IMG/VR virus record: IMGVR_UViG_3300036782_000035
Location: 1 to 52,761 of that record
Direction: 5' to 3' (one strand)
Source of the DNA: a virus
Taxonomy: Duplodnaviria; Caudoviricetes
Length of the DNA: 52,761 bases
The notes below the pieces were generated by a model that saw only the letters and a program-made list of their open reading frames with translations, was not told the origin of the DNA and did not search any database. The translations under genes were made by a program, and so were the position numbers. This document shows positions 27,521 to 36,429 of this stretch, piece after piece. Each line of letters begins with the position of its first letter. Positions within the stretch are counted from its first letter, which is position 1.

Positions 27521-27546
27521 GCTGGATGCATCCTGATGCATCCAGC
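27521..27546. repeat. Near-palindromic GGATGCATC motif; second copy at 25367-25386
   Basis: GCTGGATGCATCCTGATGCATCCAGC; reverse complement matches 25367-25386 at 19/20. Confidence 0.7.
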
Positions 27547-27671
27547 GTCCTGTGGAATCCCACGGGAAACACTTGCAAACATGCTGTAACTACGAGTAGT
27601 TTATCGAACTCGTAAGAAACTTATTAAATTTCTGTGAAGAAACGTTAATCACCCAGGGGTGGGGGAGCAGC

Positions 27672-27971
27672 GTGCAGGGGATCAAAGTGCGACGGTTCAG
27701 GCCGGTCACGCTTGTATCGACAATTGTCACAATTGCGGCGGCGTGCCTTTGGGACGTGGCCGCGATGTCAACGTGGGCGGAGGTAGGGCACCCTGCCATT
27801 GCCATCTCAGTGGGCGGCGCGACGTCGGCCACCGTCGTGGCGGCCCTGTGCTGGAAGGCGCGGTGGGACGAGAGGCGCGACCGGGACAAGGCGCTGCTCA
27901 TCAGGACGCTGACCGACGCCATTCCTGGCCGGCCTCTGGCGAAGACGCTCCCGTTTCGCCGCGCTCTTTAG
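27672..27971 (+). CDS. Membrane protein convergent on the repressor
   Basis: GGGGAG SD, two TM segments, preceded by an AT-rich tract. Confidence 0.5.
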   Translation: MQGIKVRRFRPVTLVSTIVTIAAACLWDVAAMSTWAEVGHPAIAISVGGATSATVVAALCWKARWDERRDRDKALLIRTLTDAIPGRPLAKTLPFRRAL

Positions 27972-28278
27972 CGAGCGTCCTTTCAATAGCCGCAATGACG
28001 GCCTGGCGCTCATCTTCCGTCAGGCCGTCCGTGGCCTCTATTTCCCTTAGCAAGCTCTTAGGAATTGCGGGCTCAGGTTCAGGCTCGGCGTCCAGGGGGA
28101 CGCCGAGCACTTCTTCGAGCGCGCCGAGGCGGTTGCGCGGCTTACGCCGGTCGTTCTCCCAGTCGCCGACGGCCCTTTTGGACGCGCCGACGAGCCTTGC
28201 TAGGTCTTCCTGGCTGAGCTGCGCCCGCTCTCGCGCGCGGCGAATGCGCGCGCCTAGCGATGGCGGGTTCCGGGCCAT
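27901..28278 (-). CDS. Immunity repressor (XRE/Cro-CI HTH)
   Basis: IRRARERAQLSQEDLARLVGASKRAVGDWEND; divergent from the early operon. Confidence 0.88.
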   Translation of the reverse strand: MARNPPSLGARIRRARERAQLSQEDLARLVGASKRAVGDWENDRRKPRNRLGALEEVLGVPLDAEPEPEPAIPKSLLREIEATDGLTEDERQAVIAAIERTLAKERGETGASSPEAGQEWRRSAS

Positions 28279-28284
28279 GGCCAC

Positions 28285-28313
28285 ATCATGACCGGCAAGT
28301 CGCGGCAAGTCAA
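28285..28313 (-). promoter_or_regulatory. Repressor promoter (leaderless)
   Basis: TTGACT-17-CATGAT, 6 nt before ATG 28278. Confidence 0.6.
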
Positions 28314-28368
28314 CGCAACTGTACGCTACATGTCTGGTTTACTCTTGCCACAACTCGCCTCTAGTTGC

Positions 28369-28425
28369 TTGACAGTGCCCCTCAACGTGCCCTAAGTTGC
28401 CAGTCACTAGCAAGAACTGGCAACT
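28369..28425 (+). promoter_or_regulatory. Early lytic promoter and operator
   Basis: TTGACA-18-TAAGTT; perfect inverted repeat AGTTGCCAGT-N11-ACTGGCAACT (28395-28425); further GCAAGT/GCAACT half-sites at 28295-28320. Confidence 0.65.
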
Positions 28426-28440
28426 ACAGGAGACGCCAAA

Positions 28441-28632
28441 TTGCTGACTTCAGCAGAGGCGCGGGAACGGATCGGCATAGGCCGGGCCAAGCTCGAAGCC
28501 CTGATCCGCGAGGGCGAGATCGAGGCAATCAAGACCGGCACCGCGCCGAACTCGCACTACCGCATCCCCGAGGAAGCGGTTGACGCCTACATCGAGCGCC
28601 ACAAGGTCGTGCCCGCACAGGTGGGGTCCTGA
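28441..28632 (+). CDS. Excisionase/Cro-like HTH_17 protein
   Basis: LTSAEA.E.IGIGR..L..LIREGEI.A......YRI.EEAV..YI. Confidence 0.8.
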   Translation: MLTSAEARERIGIGRAKLEALIREGEIEAIKTGTAPNSHYRIPEEAVDAYIERHKVVPAQVGS

Positions 28633-28856
28633 TGCCGCCGCGCGCCGCCGTCAAGCCGGGCGTCAGGCACCTGACGCCCGAGCAGCTCGCCGAGCGGCTG
28701 CAGGTTGAGCTCCACGTCCTCGTCGACTGGCGCAAGAAGAACCGCGGCCCCAACTACATCCGCCCGGAGTCCGACGGCGACAAGGCCAGCATCCGCTACC
28801 CGCTGGCCGAAGTCGAGGCGTGGGAGCAGCGCCAGCTCGTCCAGACCGGCACTTAG
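28632..28856 (+). CDS. Excisionase-like HTH protein
   Basis: LTPEQLAERLQV....L.DWR....GP.Y.......IRY....VEAW. Confidence 0.8.
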   Translation: MPPRAAVKPGVRHLTPEQLAERLQVELHVLVDWRKKNRGPNYIRPESDGDKASIRYPLAEVEAWEQRQLVQTGT

Positions 28857-28859
28857 CCA

Positions 28860-28889
28860 GGCAGCCCCCGCATGCACGCAGGGGCTGCC
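28860..28889 (+). terminator. Hairpin after the xis-like genes
   Basis: GGCAGCCCC...GGGGCTGCC stem; no U-tract. Confidence 0.35.
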
Positions 28890-28967
28890 ACGCATGGCAG
28901 GTCAGCGCCTGCCGCCCGGCCAAGGAGAACCACCGGGCAACTCAACGGTAACCCAAGGAGAGTCCAG

Positions 28968-29420
28968 ATGACCTTTCACATCCAGACGCAGGACATGTCG
29001 CTCGAAGGCGTCACCCACAGGTGGAGCCCCAGAAGTAGCGCGTGCCCGGCATACGGCACCCTCCAATTCGGCCCGACCGGGCGCAGCGTCATCGTGTTCC
29101 TGTCCACCCCTGCCGAGATCGACGAGGTGTTCGCCGAGCTGGTCGCGCTGCGCGCCGAGATGACCGGCGAGCCGGAGCCCGAGCCGCTCGCGGCATCCGG
29201 TCCCCCGCGGCACGTGACCGGCGCCATCGGCGACCATTCCTGCGCGGCTAAGGACCGCGGCTACATCTGCAACGCGCAGGCGGGGCATGACGGACCCGAG
29301 CACGTCGCCTACGGCACCGAAGGCCAGGAGTGCTACCGCTGGCCGGTCACCGTCGCCGAACGCGCCCGGAGGGGCGCGGCGAAGTCTGGCTTCGAGCCCG
29401 TTGCGAGCGTGACCGCATGA
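28968..29420 (+). CDS. Hypothetical protein
   Basis: AAGGAG SD; C...C..GH.G.EH motif. Confidence 0.6.
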   Translation: MTFHIQTQDMSLEGVTHRWSPRSSACPAYGTLQFGPTGRSVIVFLSTPAEIDEVFAELVALRAEMTGEPEPEPLAASGPPRHVTGAIGDHSCAAKDRGYICNAQAGHDGPEHVAYGTEGQECYRWPVTVAERARRGAAKSGFEPVASVTA

Positions 29421-29623
29421 CCGCCCCCGTGCTGCCGCCGGGCTGCCCCGCCGTGCTGACCTCCAGCGAGGTCGCGTCGCTGTACCGCGTTGACCCGTCC
29501 ACGGTCACCAAGTGGGCGAAGGAGAAGAGGGTCACGGCCGTCCGCCTGGGCGCCCGGGGCAACTACCGCTACCCGTCCGGCCAGTTCGCCGAGGCCCTTG
29601 CCGAAACCGGGTGGCCGCTGTGA
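29417..29623 (+). CDS. BldC-like MerR-type HTH protein
   Basis: LTSSEVASLYRVDPSTVTKWAKEKRVTAVRLGARGNYRY. Confidence 0.7.
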   Translation: MTAPVLPPGCPAVLTSSEVASLYRVDPSTVTKWAKEKRVTAVRLGARGNYRYPSGQFAEALAETGWPL

Positions 29624-29916
29624 TCGCCCCCGGAACCGTCACCACGGTCACCGTCACCGCCGATCACATCAAGCGGGGCAAGGCGTGCCAGAGCGCCGAG
29701 TGCCCCATCGCGCTGGCGATCATCGACCAGGGCGTCCCGCCGGGGCAGCACGTCGGGATCACCAGCGACACGGCGCGGATCTGGGAGAAGAGCAAGGTCA
29801 GGCTCCGCGCCCACCTGCCGCTGCGGGCACAGGCGTTCATCGACGACTTCGACGATCGCGGCCCCGGCGCGGTAGCGCCGTTCTTCTTCGAGCTGACCTG
29901 GGAGGCAGCATCATGA
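29620..29916 (+). CDS. Hypothetical protein
   Basis: Coupled ORF; VT..HI..G....CPIALA motif. Confidence 0.65.
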   Translation: MIAPGTVTTVTVTADHIKRGKACQSAECPIALAIIDQGVPPGQHVGITSDTARIWEKSKVRLRAHLPLRAQAFIDDFDDRGPGAVAPFFFELTWEAAS

Positions 29917-30527
29917 TCGCCTTGCTGCTGCCTCACACCGGCGGCCACGCCCCGCGCACCGCCGTCGACGCCGTGCTCGCGTCGGTGCCCGAGATCTTCC
30001 GCCGCGCGATTGCGGCCGTGCGGTGGAGGAAGGCCGCCCCTGCTGTGTGCGCAGGGGCGGCCACGACGCTGCTCACCCCGCCGGACGGGCAGGCCGTGCT
30101 CGGCGACAAGACGATCGCCCAGGTTCGCCGCGAGTACGACACCGGCCAGCTAGCCGCGATCCACCCCGCCGCCCACGGCCCGGAGCGGCCCACCGTCCTG
30201 GAGCGCCCCGACGGGCAGGTCGTCATCGACGAGCAGCACCACGTCCGGGTACGCCCCGTCAACGGCCGGCCGCTCGGCACGCAGCCGCGACGCCAGCCCG
30301 ACCCGGCGTTCCTGGAAGAGGAAGCAGCCGAGGCGGAGCGCTCCCTGTACGTCCGCTCGCAGATGCGCGGTGCCGTGGCCACCAGCGACCCGGCGGTGCT
30401 CCGCCAGGTGATCGCCGCGCTGAAGCGGCCCGAGCGCACGCCGACCGAGCCCGTGCCGGTGATGGGCGAGACGTGCGTCGCCAACGTGCTCGAAGCCGAG
30501 CGGCTGGCACAGGTGATGCGACCGTGA
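29913..30527 (+). CDS. Hypothetical protein
   Basis: Coupled ORF, GGAGG SD. Confidence 0.55.
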   Translation: MIALLLPHTGGHAPRTAVDAVLASVPEIFRRAIAAVRWRKAAPAVCAGAATTLLTPPDGQAVLGDKTIAQVRREYDTGQLAAIHPAAHGPERPTVLERPDGQVVIDEQHHVRVRPVNGRPLGTQPRRQPDPAFLEEEAAEAERSLYVRSQMRGAVATSDPAVLRQVIAALKRPERTPTEPVPVMGETCVANVLEAERLAQVMRP

Positions 30528-30799
30528 GCGCCGACCTCGGCAACCTGAACAAGTCGCTGCAGCTTCACTGCAAGGACTGCGGCTGGCGTCCGCCCGAAGA
30601 CGCCACCATGGAGGCCGTACAGCTCCACTGCCAGGTTGAGCACGACACCGACGAGGTGACGCTTGACCTGCTGGCCGTGTGCAGCTGCGGCGCTGCGATG
30701 GGGCACGTCCGGACCGCCCCGACCGGCGGCGGCTTCAAGGACTACGTGAAGTGCGGTGCCTGCGGTAACACGGGCTTCCTGAAGCGAGACGCCGAGTGA
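30524..30799 (+). CDS. Zinc-ribbon protein
   Basis: CKDC, CSCG and CGAC motifs. Confidence 0.6.
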   Translation: MSADLGNLNKSLQLHCKDCGWRPPEDATMEAVQLHCQVEHDTDEVTLDLLAVCSCGAAMGHVRTAPTGGGFKDYVKCGACGNTGFLKRDAE

Positions 30800-30908
30800 A
30801 CGGCTACACGGCGATCGTGGCGCTCGCCCTGATCGAGGCCACCGCCCGCACCTACCAGGTCTACGCGGCCCGCAAGACGACAGAGGCACGCGCGAAGGCG
30901 AGGCAGCA

Positions 30909-31160
30909 GTGAGCGCCGCCGACGCCCGCGAGCACCTGGAAGCCACCATGCGCCGCGCCATCGCGCACAACGCCAAGTGCACCACCAAGGGCAAGTGCGC
31001 CGGCTGCGAGAGCAACATCGACGACACCCTCATCGCCGCCGACGAGTACGCCCAGGCGTACGCCGCCGACTTCGCAGCCGCCGTGCTCGACGGCGCGACC
31101 CGTGACAAGTGCGCCGCCGAGCGCCGCGAGGTACTCGCCGACGCACTGAAGGGAAAGTGA
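30909..31160 (+). CDS. Hypothetical protein
   Basis: ORF in early operon. Confidence 0.55.
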   Translation: MSAADAREHLEATMRRAIAHNAKCTTKGKCAGCESNIDDTLIAADEYAQAYAADFAAAVLDGATRDKCAAERREVLADALKGK

Positions 31161-31600
31161 TGGGCACCGTGACCAGCGCGTCCGCCGTCCTCCTCACGGG
31201 CGCCTGGCACTCCTTCGAGGGCATCTGGTGGGACGCCTGCAAGGTCGTAGGCGCTGTCTCCATCGGCCTCGCCGTCCTGGCCGCCCTGTTCTTCGCCTGG
31301 GCGATCTGGGACGACAAGCGCGAGCGGACCGACGTCATCGTGTTCGGCGCCATGCCCGTGGCGTGCCCCTGCTGCGCCGGCAGGCCGTACGAGTCCGACG
31401 ACTGCACCTGCCGGGCCGAGTGCGGCGCGGCGTGGTGCCAGATGAACGACCCGGGAGCGCCGCTTCCCGTCCGCAAGCCGCCCGCGTTCGCCGAGAAGCG
31501 GCAGGCGCAGCCGCGGCACGGGTGCGACGACGACACGTTCGTTATCGACGGGCTCACCACCGGGCTCAATGAGCTGCTCAGGGGTGAGGGGCGTGGCTAG
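31157..31600 (+). CDS. Membrane protein with Cys-rich domain
   Basis: TM segment then CPCC...CTC..CG..WC. Confidence 0.55.
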   Translation: MMGTVTSASAVLLTGAWHSFEGIWWDACKVVGAVSIGLAVLAALFFAWAIWDDKRERTDVIVFGAMPVACPCCAGRPYESDDCTCRAECGAAWCQMNDPGAPLPVRKPPAFAEKRQAQPRHGCDDDTFVIDGLTTGLNELLRGEGRG

Positions 31601-32465
31601 GCCCGTCATCACAGAGCCGGGCCTGGTGCCGGACATGGACGAGGACTGGTACCACGGCGACCCCGTCACGGGAGGGAGTCTGTCGGTCAGCGGCGCGAAG
31701 CTGCTGCTGCCCCCGTCATGCCCCGCCAAGTTCGACTACGCCCGCAAGCACGGCGGCAAGCACACCAAGGCGATGGACGCCGGCACCAGGGCGCACGCGA
31801 TGGTCCTCGGCAAGGGCAGCGACCAGCTCAAGCTGCTCGACTACCCGAACTACAAGACCAAGAAGGCACAGGACGACCGCGACGCCGCGATAGCTGCGGG
31901 CAAGGTCCCGACGCTGCCCCACGAGCTCGCCGAGGCGCAGGCGATCGCCGACGCGGTCCGCGCCGACGAGATGGCCGGCGCCCTGTTCGCAGAGGGCGAC
32001 GCCGAAGTCAGCATGTTCTGGCACGACGAGCAGTGGGACATCTGGCTCCGCGGGCGCATGGACTGGCTCACCTACATCGACGGCATGCCGTGCATCGTCG
32101 ACCTCAAGAAGACCGCCGACGCATCGCCGCAGGAGTTCGCCCGCTCCGTCGACAAGTACCGCTACTACATGCAGGACCCCCACTACCGCGACGGCCTCGC
32201 CGCGTGCCTGAAGTGCGACCCCGACGAGATCGACTTCCTGTTCGTCTCCGTCGAGGACAGCGGTGACCACCTCGTCATGGTCCACCGCATCGACCTCGAG
32301 GCCGTCGCTCTCGGCCGCGAGTGCAACGCGATCGCCCGCGAGCACTACCGCGACTGCACGGCCGCCGGCATCTGGCCCAAGTGGTCCGAATCGATCAGCG
32401 ACCTTCCCCTGCCGCACTACGCGGCCACCCGCATCAGGAGAGAGATCAGTGACTACCACGACTGA
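31593..32465 (+). CDS. RecE-like (exonuclease VIII) PD-(D/E)XK exonuclease
   Basis: YH...LS.SG.K.LL..CPAKF, GT..H, E.S.FW, RGRMD, VDLK, Y.MQ..HY. Confidence 0.85.
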   Translation: MARPVITEPGLVPDMDEDWYHGDPVTGGSLSVSGAKLLLPPSCPAKFDYARKHGGKHTKAMDAGTRAHAMVLGKGSDQLKLLDYPNYKTKKAQDDRDAAIAAGKVPTLPHELAEAQAIADAVRADEMAGALFAEGDAEVSMFWHDEQWDIWLRGRMDWLTYIDGMPCIVDLKKTADASPQEFARSVDKYRYYMQDPHYRDGLAACLKCDPDEIDFLFVSVEDSGDHLVMVHRIDLEAVALGRECNAIAREHYRDCTAAGIWPKWSESISDLPLPHYAATRIRREISDYHD

Positions 32466-33546
32466 CGTCGCCGTCCGCAGCAGCAGCGCGCCCGCGCAGG
32501 CCGCGCCCGCGGCGCTCGCCATCCAGCCCGGGCAGACGACGTTCGACGACTACCAGAACGCCGCCCTCAACCAGCTCGGCCTCCGTGAGGCCGGCAACGG
32601 CGACCGCGCCGTGTTCCTCCACGTCTCCCAGCGCACCGGCCTGGACCCCTTCGCGAAGCAGATCTACATGATCGGCCGGCCGGAGAAGCAGCCCGACGGG
32701 TCATGGGGCAAGAAGTGGACGATCCAGACCGGCATCGACGGCTGGCGCGTCGTCCGCACCCGGGCCGAGCGCCTCGCCGGCGTCCGCGGCATCCTCGGCC
32801 GCTCCGTCTTCTATGACGCCGACGGCGGCGAGCACAAGGTCTGGGTCAGCGCCGGGCCGCCCGCCGCGTGCGAGATCACCTACACCGTCCGCGACGGCAA
32901 CGGAGACACCCCGTACACCTCCGTGCTGCGCTACGACGACTACGTCCAGGTCAAGGACGGCAAGCCGGTCGCCCAGTGGGCCAGCAAGCCGACTCACATG
33001 CTGGAGAAGTGCACCGAGGCGGACGTTTACCGCAAGGCGTTCCCGCAGGACTTCAGCGGCATCGTCCTCGAAGACGCCATGCCGCCCGCGAAGGACTGGG
33101 ACAGCATGACCGACGCCGAGCTCGACGCGGAGTACGAGAGGGTGACCCGGCGCCGGGGAGTCAGCGACGACCAGGTGCGCCAGCGCCGCCAGACCGTGGC
33201 CACGACAGTGGTCACCCCAGAGCCCTCGCCCGCGGGCACGGAGACCACCCCGGCTCCGTCGCCGTCCGCACCCCCAGCGGACGTGCCGCCCGCGGGCGAG
33301 GCCAAGTCCGCCGCCGAGTACCTGGCCGACAAGCTGGCCGGGCTCAACGTGCGCGACGAGGCCGGACAGGCGGCCAAGTGCGCGCTGATCCTCGGCCGCA
33401 CCCTGCGGCCCCTGGAAGACCTGTCCGCGGCCGACGCGACCGACGTCATGCGGTACCTCCGCAACTGCAAGACGGCCGCCGACCTCGACGCCCTGCTCGC
33501 CGAGCTGGCCATGCAAGGCGACCCGCGCGGAGAAGCCGGTGAGTAG
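32449..33546 (+). CDS. RecT/Bet-like single-strand annealing protein
   Basis: RTGLDPFAKQIY, IQTGIDGWR, W...P.HML.KC.E....RKAFP. Confidence 0.88.
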   Translation: MTTTTDVAVRSSSAPAQAAPAALAIQPGQTTFDDYQNAALNQLGLREAGNGDRAVFLHVSQRTGLDPFAKQIYMIGRPEKQPDGSWGKKWTIQTGIDGWRVVRTRAERLAGVRGILGRSVFYDADGGEHKVWVSAGPPAACEITYTVRDGNGDTPYTSVLRYDDYVQVKDGKPVAQWASKPTHMLEKCTEADVYRKAFPQDFSGIVLEDAMPPAKDWDSMTDAELDAEYERVTRRRGVSDDQVRQRRQTVATTVVTPEPSPAGTETTPAPSPSAPPADVPPAGEAKSAAEYLADKLAGLNVRDEAGQAAKCALILGRTLRPLEDLSAADATDVMRYLRNCKTAADLDALLAELAMQGDPRGEAGE

Positions 33547-33832
33547 CGGTTACACCGAGGTCGACCGCGGCCTGAGCGTGTCCAGCGTCTACTGGGAAGT
33601 CGGCACCCAGTCCGACGGCCTGGTCATCAACGTGGCCAACCACCTGGCGATCCTCGTCGGCAAGGAGCGCGACAAGTTCACCGAGGCCGTCGCCCGCGCG
33701 GTGACGCCGGGGCAGGTGACCCGTCGCGTCTACCCCTGCTGCGTGTGCTGCGACACCGACGAGGCCGCCCCGTGCGTGCCAGGCGGCCACCTGACCCGGT
33801 GCGAGAACGGCTGCGACGACAAGGCCAGCTAG
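33539..33832 (+). CDS. Hypothetical protein
   Basis: Coupled ORF, Cys-rich C-terminus. Confidence 0.5.
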   Translation: MSSGYTEVDRGLSVSSVYWEVGTQSDGLVINVANHLAILVGKERDKFTEAVARAVTPGQVTRRVYPCCVCCDTDEAAPCVPGGHLTRCENGCDDKAS

Positions 33833-33903
33833 CCCCCAAGCCCCTGCCCGCGCGGCCCCCGTCCACACCCGCGCGGGCAGGCTCAGACCGATCGGAGAGA
33901 CCC

Positions 33904-34212
33904 GTGGTGCGCAAGTACGTCCGCAAGGGGCGTCCGCAGTGGCGCGACAAGGACAAGCGAATGGCCCGCGCCGTTGCCCTCCGCGCCCAGGGGCTGAGCC
34001 TGCGGCAGATCGCCGAGAAGCTCGCGGTAAGCGCGCCGACCGCCATGCGCGACCTTCGGCGCCATGACGAGCTGGCGGCAGAGCAAGCGCAGGCGGTTCA
34101 GAACGTGTTTCAACTGCCCGTTACATCTCGCCCCGCTGGGGGCGACTTGAAACAGGCGAATGAAACAGATGCTGCAACACCCATCTCACTCGCCGAAAGA
34201 AGGAAGGCGTAA
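33904..34212 (+). CDS. HTH DNA-binding protein
   Basis: LRAQGLSLRQIAEKLAVSAPTAMRDL. Confidence 0.7.
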   Translation: MVRKYVRKGRPQWRDKDKRMARAVALRAQGLSLRQIAEKLAVSAPTAMRDLRRHDELAAEQAQAVQNVFQLPVTSRPAGGDLKQANETDAATPISLAERRKA

Positions 34213-34760
34213 TGGCGAAGAAGCTCGCCCCGCCGCAATGGCTCAAGGACGCGCTCGCCGCCCGGCGGGCAATGCGCGCAGCCGGGGACGCGTCCGCGTC
34301 CGAGATGCGCGAGCACCTCGCCGACGACATCCAGGCGCGGCACGACGCGGGCGACCCGTTCGGCCGCGCTGTCTGGCTCGACTGGATCGACAGGCTTGAC
34401 CGTGACGTGAGCAAGGCGCAGCACGACAAGGCCGACGAGGCGATGGCGTTCGAGCTGGCCGCCGGGTACCTCCAGCCCGACCTGTTTCCCGCAGAGGTGC
34501 TCGCCGAGCTCGGCCTGCCCGCCGAGCTGGACCTTGGCGGGTTCGGCAAGCGCGTCACGACGCCCGACGCCCGCCACGCCGACGTAGAGAAGTACCTCGG
34601 TGAGCTGAAGCGCAAGCGCAAGAGCTGGGACGAGAGCCTTGACGAGCGGATTGAGGCGGCAGAGCGGGCGCTGGCGATCCTCCCGGAGGACAACTCGCGG
34701 ACGCTGCGCGAGGTCGTCACCGACCCGGAGGACTACGGATTCGGCTCGGCTGCACTGTGA
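34212..34760 (+). CDS. Hypothetical protein
   Basis: TAATG coupling, SD. Confidence 0.65.
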   Translation: MAKKLAPPQWLKDALAARRAMRAAGDASASEMREHLADDIQARHDAGDPFGRAVWLDWIDRLDRDVSKAQHDKADEAMAFELAAGYLQPDLFPAEVLAELGLPAELDLGGFGKRVTTPDARHADVEKYLGELKRKRKSWDESLDERIEAAERALAILPEDNSRTLREVVTDPEDYGFGSAAL

Positions 34761-35047
34761 CCGAGGCGCAGTTCCAGGAAACCGTGATCGCCATGTGCAA
34801 GCTGCTCGGCGTCGCATGGTTTCACCCGTTCTTCTCGCGGCGCTCCGCTGCCGGGTGGCCCGATCTTGCCCTCTGCGGAGGTAAAGGGTTCCTGCTGCGT
34901 GAGCTGAAGACTGAGAAGGGGCGCCTCACTAAGGACCAGGAAGCATGGGGCGCACGCTTGTCCGGAGCCGGAATCTCGTGGGACGTATGGCGCCCTGCTG
35001 ATTTGCACAATGGCCGTATTCAACGCGAACTGGAAGGGATTCGGTAA
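34757..35047 (+). CDS. VRR-NUC nuclease
   Basis: GWPDL...RELKTEKGRLTKDQEAW...VWRPAD. Confidence 0.85.
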   Translation: MTEAQFQETVIAMCKLLGVAWFHPFFSRRSAAGWPDLALCGGKGFLLRELKTEKGRLTKDQEAWGARLSGAGISWDVWRPADLHNGRIQRELEGIR

Positions 35048-35529
35048 TGGCACGTAAGCGCATGCTGTCGCCGGAGTTCTTCTCCAGCGCGCCAGTCAAC
35101 AGGCTCCCGTTCACGGCGATGATCACCTTCGCCGGCATGTGGTGCTACCTCGATGACTTCGGTCGCGGCGAGGACGACACGGCGCTAGTTAAGGCCGCCG
35201 TGTGGCCGCGCAGGCGCTCTCAGACGGAGTCGAAAGTCGCGGCCGACCTCGACCTGATCGTGGCCGAAGACCTGCTCTGCCGGTACGCCGCCCCGGTTAT
35301 CCACAGTCAAGAACTGGTAAAGATACCGTCCCGTGACCACGCCGAACGACTTATCCACAGCCCGTCGTGGCGTGAGCACCAGAAGATCAGCCACCCGACG
35401 CCGAGCAAGTTCGCACCGTGCCCGATCCACGAGATCGAGGCGCACACGATCTACGTGCGGGAACGCGGCGGATTTCCGGAATCACTCACGAGTGGATCGC
35501 GACCGCCGCCCGAGCTGAGCTGGAACTGA
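35047..35529 (+). CDS. Replication initiator-like protein (N-terminal domain only)
   Basis: MAR.R.L.PEFF, GMW.Y.DD.GR, W.EHQKI.HP..SK motifs. Confidence 0.7.
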   Translation: MARKRMLSPEFFSSAPVNRLPFTAMITFAGMWCYLDDFGRGEDDTALVKAAVWPRRRSQTESKVAADLDLIVAEDLLCRYAAPVIHSQELVKIPSRDHAERLIHSPSWREHQKISHPTPSKFAPCPIHEIEAHTIYVRERGGFPESLTSGSRPPPELSWN

Positions 35530-35587
35530 TCGCGAACCGATCTGGACCGGCTCCGCCTCGCGCGGGCGTTGAAGACAGTTTAAGAAA

Positions 35588-35735
35588 GCAAGACGGCAAG
35601 ACGGCAAGACGGCAAGCTGCGCGGGCCGAGGAACGGTGCCCCCTGATGTATCCCCGTTAGATAAATCTCAATGGCTTTAACAGTTCCGTAGTACGCGAAT
35701 TCGCGAAATCCAATTTTCAGCGAAACGAGAAACCG
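35588..35735. repeat. Candidate replication origin: (GCAAGACG)x3+GCAAG plus AT-rich tract
   Basis: Tandem 8-mers at 35588-35616; AT-rich ~35650-35735; palindrome CGCGAATTCGCG 35694-35705. Confidence 0.55.
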
Positions 35736-35737
35736 CA

Positions 35738-36064
35738 ATGCCAGCCAGGTGCTTCGAATGCCAGGAGATCGGCCACATCGCCGCCGACTGCCCCGGGAAG
35801 CTCTACGCCGTCGAGCTGCACGACAAGAAGCCGCTGTGGTGCGGGCAATGTGACCGGGAGACGCGACTCGTCTACTTCGTCCGCGACGGCCGTGAGACCG
35901 CCCGCAGGTGCACCATGTGCCATCCCCGCAGCACCACGCTGCCAGCCACCTACAACAAGTGCCGGGAATGCGGGCACGCCGTCTACGCCTGGGACATCCG
36001 CAGCGAATGCGGAATGCACCAGCCAATCGGAAAGCAACTCGAAACGGCAGGAGCGAAGGAATGA
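35738..36064 (+). CDS. Multi-zinc-finger protein (CCHC knuckle)
   Basis: CFECQEIGHIAADC; WCGQC...CTMCHP; CRECG. Confidence 0.7.
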   Translation: MPARCFECQEIGHIAADCPGKLYAVELHDKKPLWCGQCDRETRLVYFVRDGRETARRCTMCHPRSTTLPATYNKCRECGHAVYAWDIRSECGMHQPIGKQLETAGAKE

Positions 36065-36429
36065 GCGAAACCAGTAGCGACCCGGAATGCGGGAAGTGCG
36101 CCGAGCCCGCCAAGGTCATCATCGTCACCGAGGCCAGCGGCAAGGAACGCCGCTACGCCGCCGACGTGTGGGACGTCCACGACACCCCCGGCGCGATCGA
36201 CATCGAGCGGACCGACCGGCCCAGCGACCCCGTAGCCCGCTACGCCCCTGGTGCGTGGCTGTCGGTTCGCGAGGAAGGCTCGGAGGCGGACAACGTGCCG
36301 ATGAAGGCGCTGAGCATCGCCCGCGCCGCGCTCAAGTCGATCGCGAGCTGCGGCGACGATGCCGCCGCCGACTACCTCATCGCCTGCGCCCGCCAGGCGC
36401 TCGAAGACATCACGGACCTGGACCTGTGA
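36061..36429 (+). CDS. Hypothetical protein
   Basis: ATGA coupling. Confidence 0.6.
   Translation: MSETSSDPECGKCAEPAKVIIVTEASGKERRYAADVWDVHDTPGAIDIERTDRPSDPVARYAPGAWLSVREEGSEADNVPMKALSIARAALKSIASCGDDAAADYLIACARQALEDITDLDL

Noticed and set aside
29933-31729. 598-aa - strand ORF
   Set aside because: Antisense to a series of coupled + strand early genes; no protein-like features.
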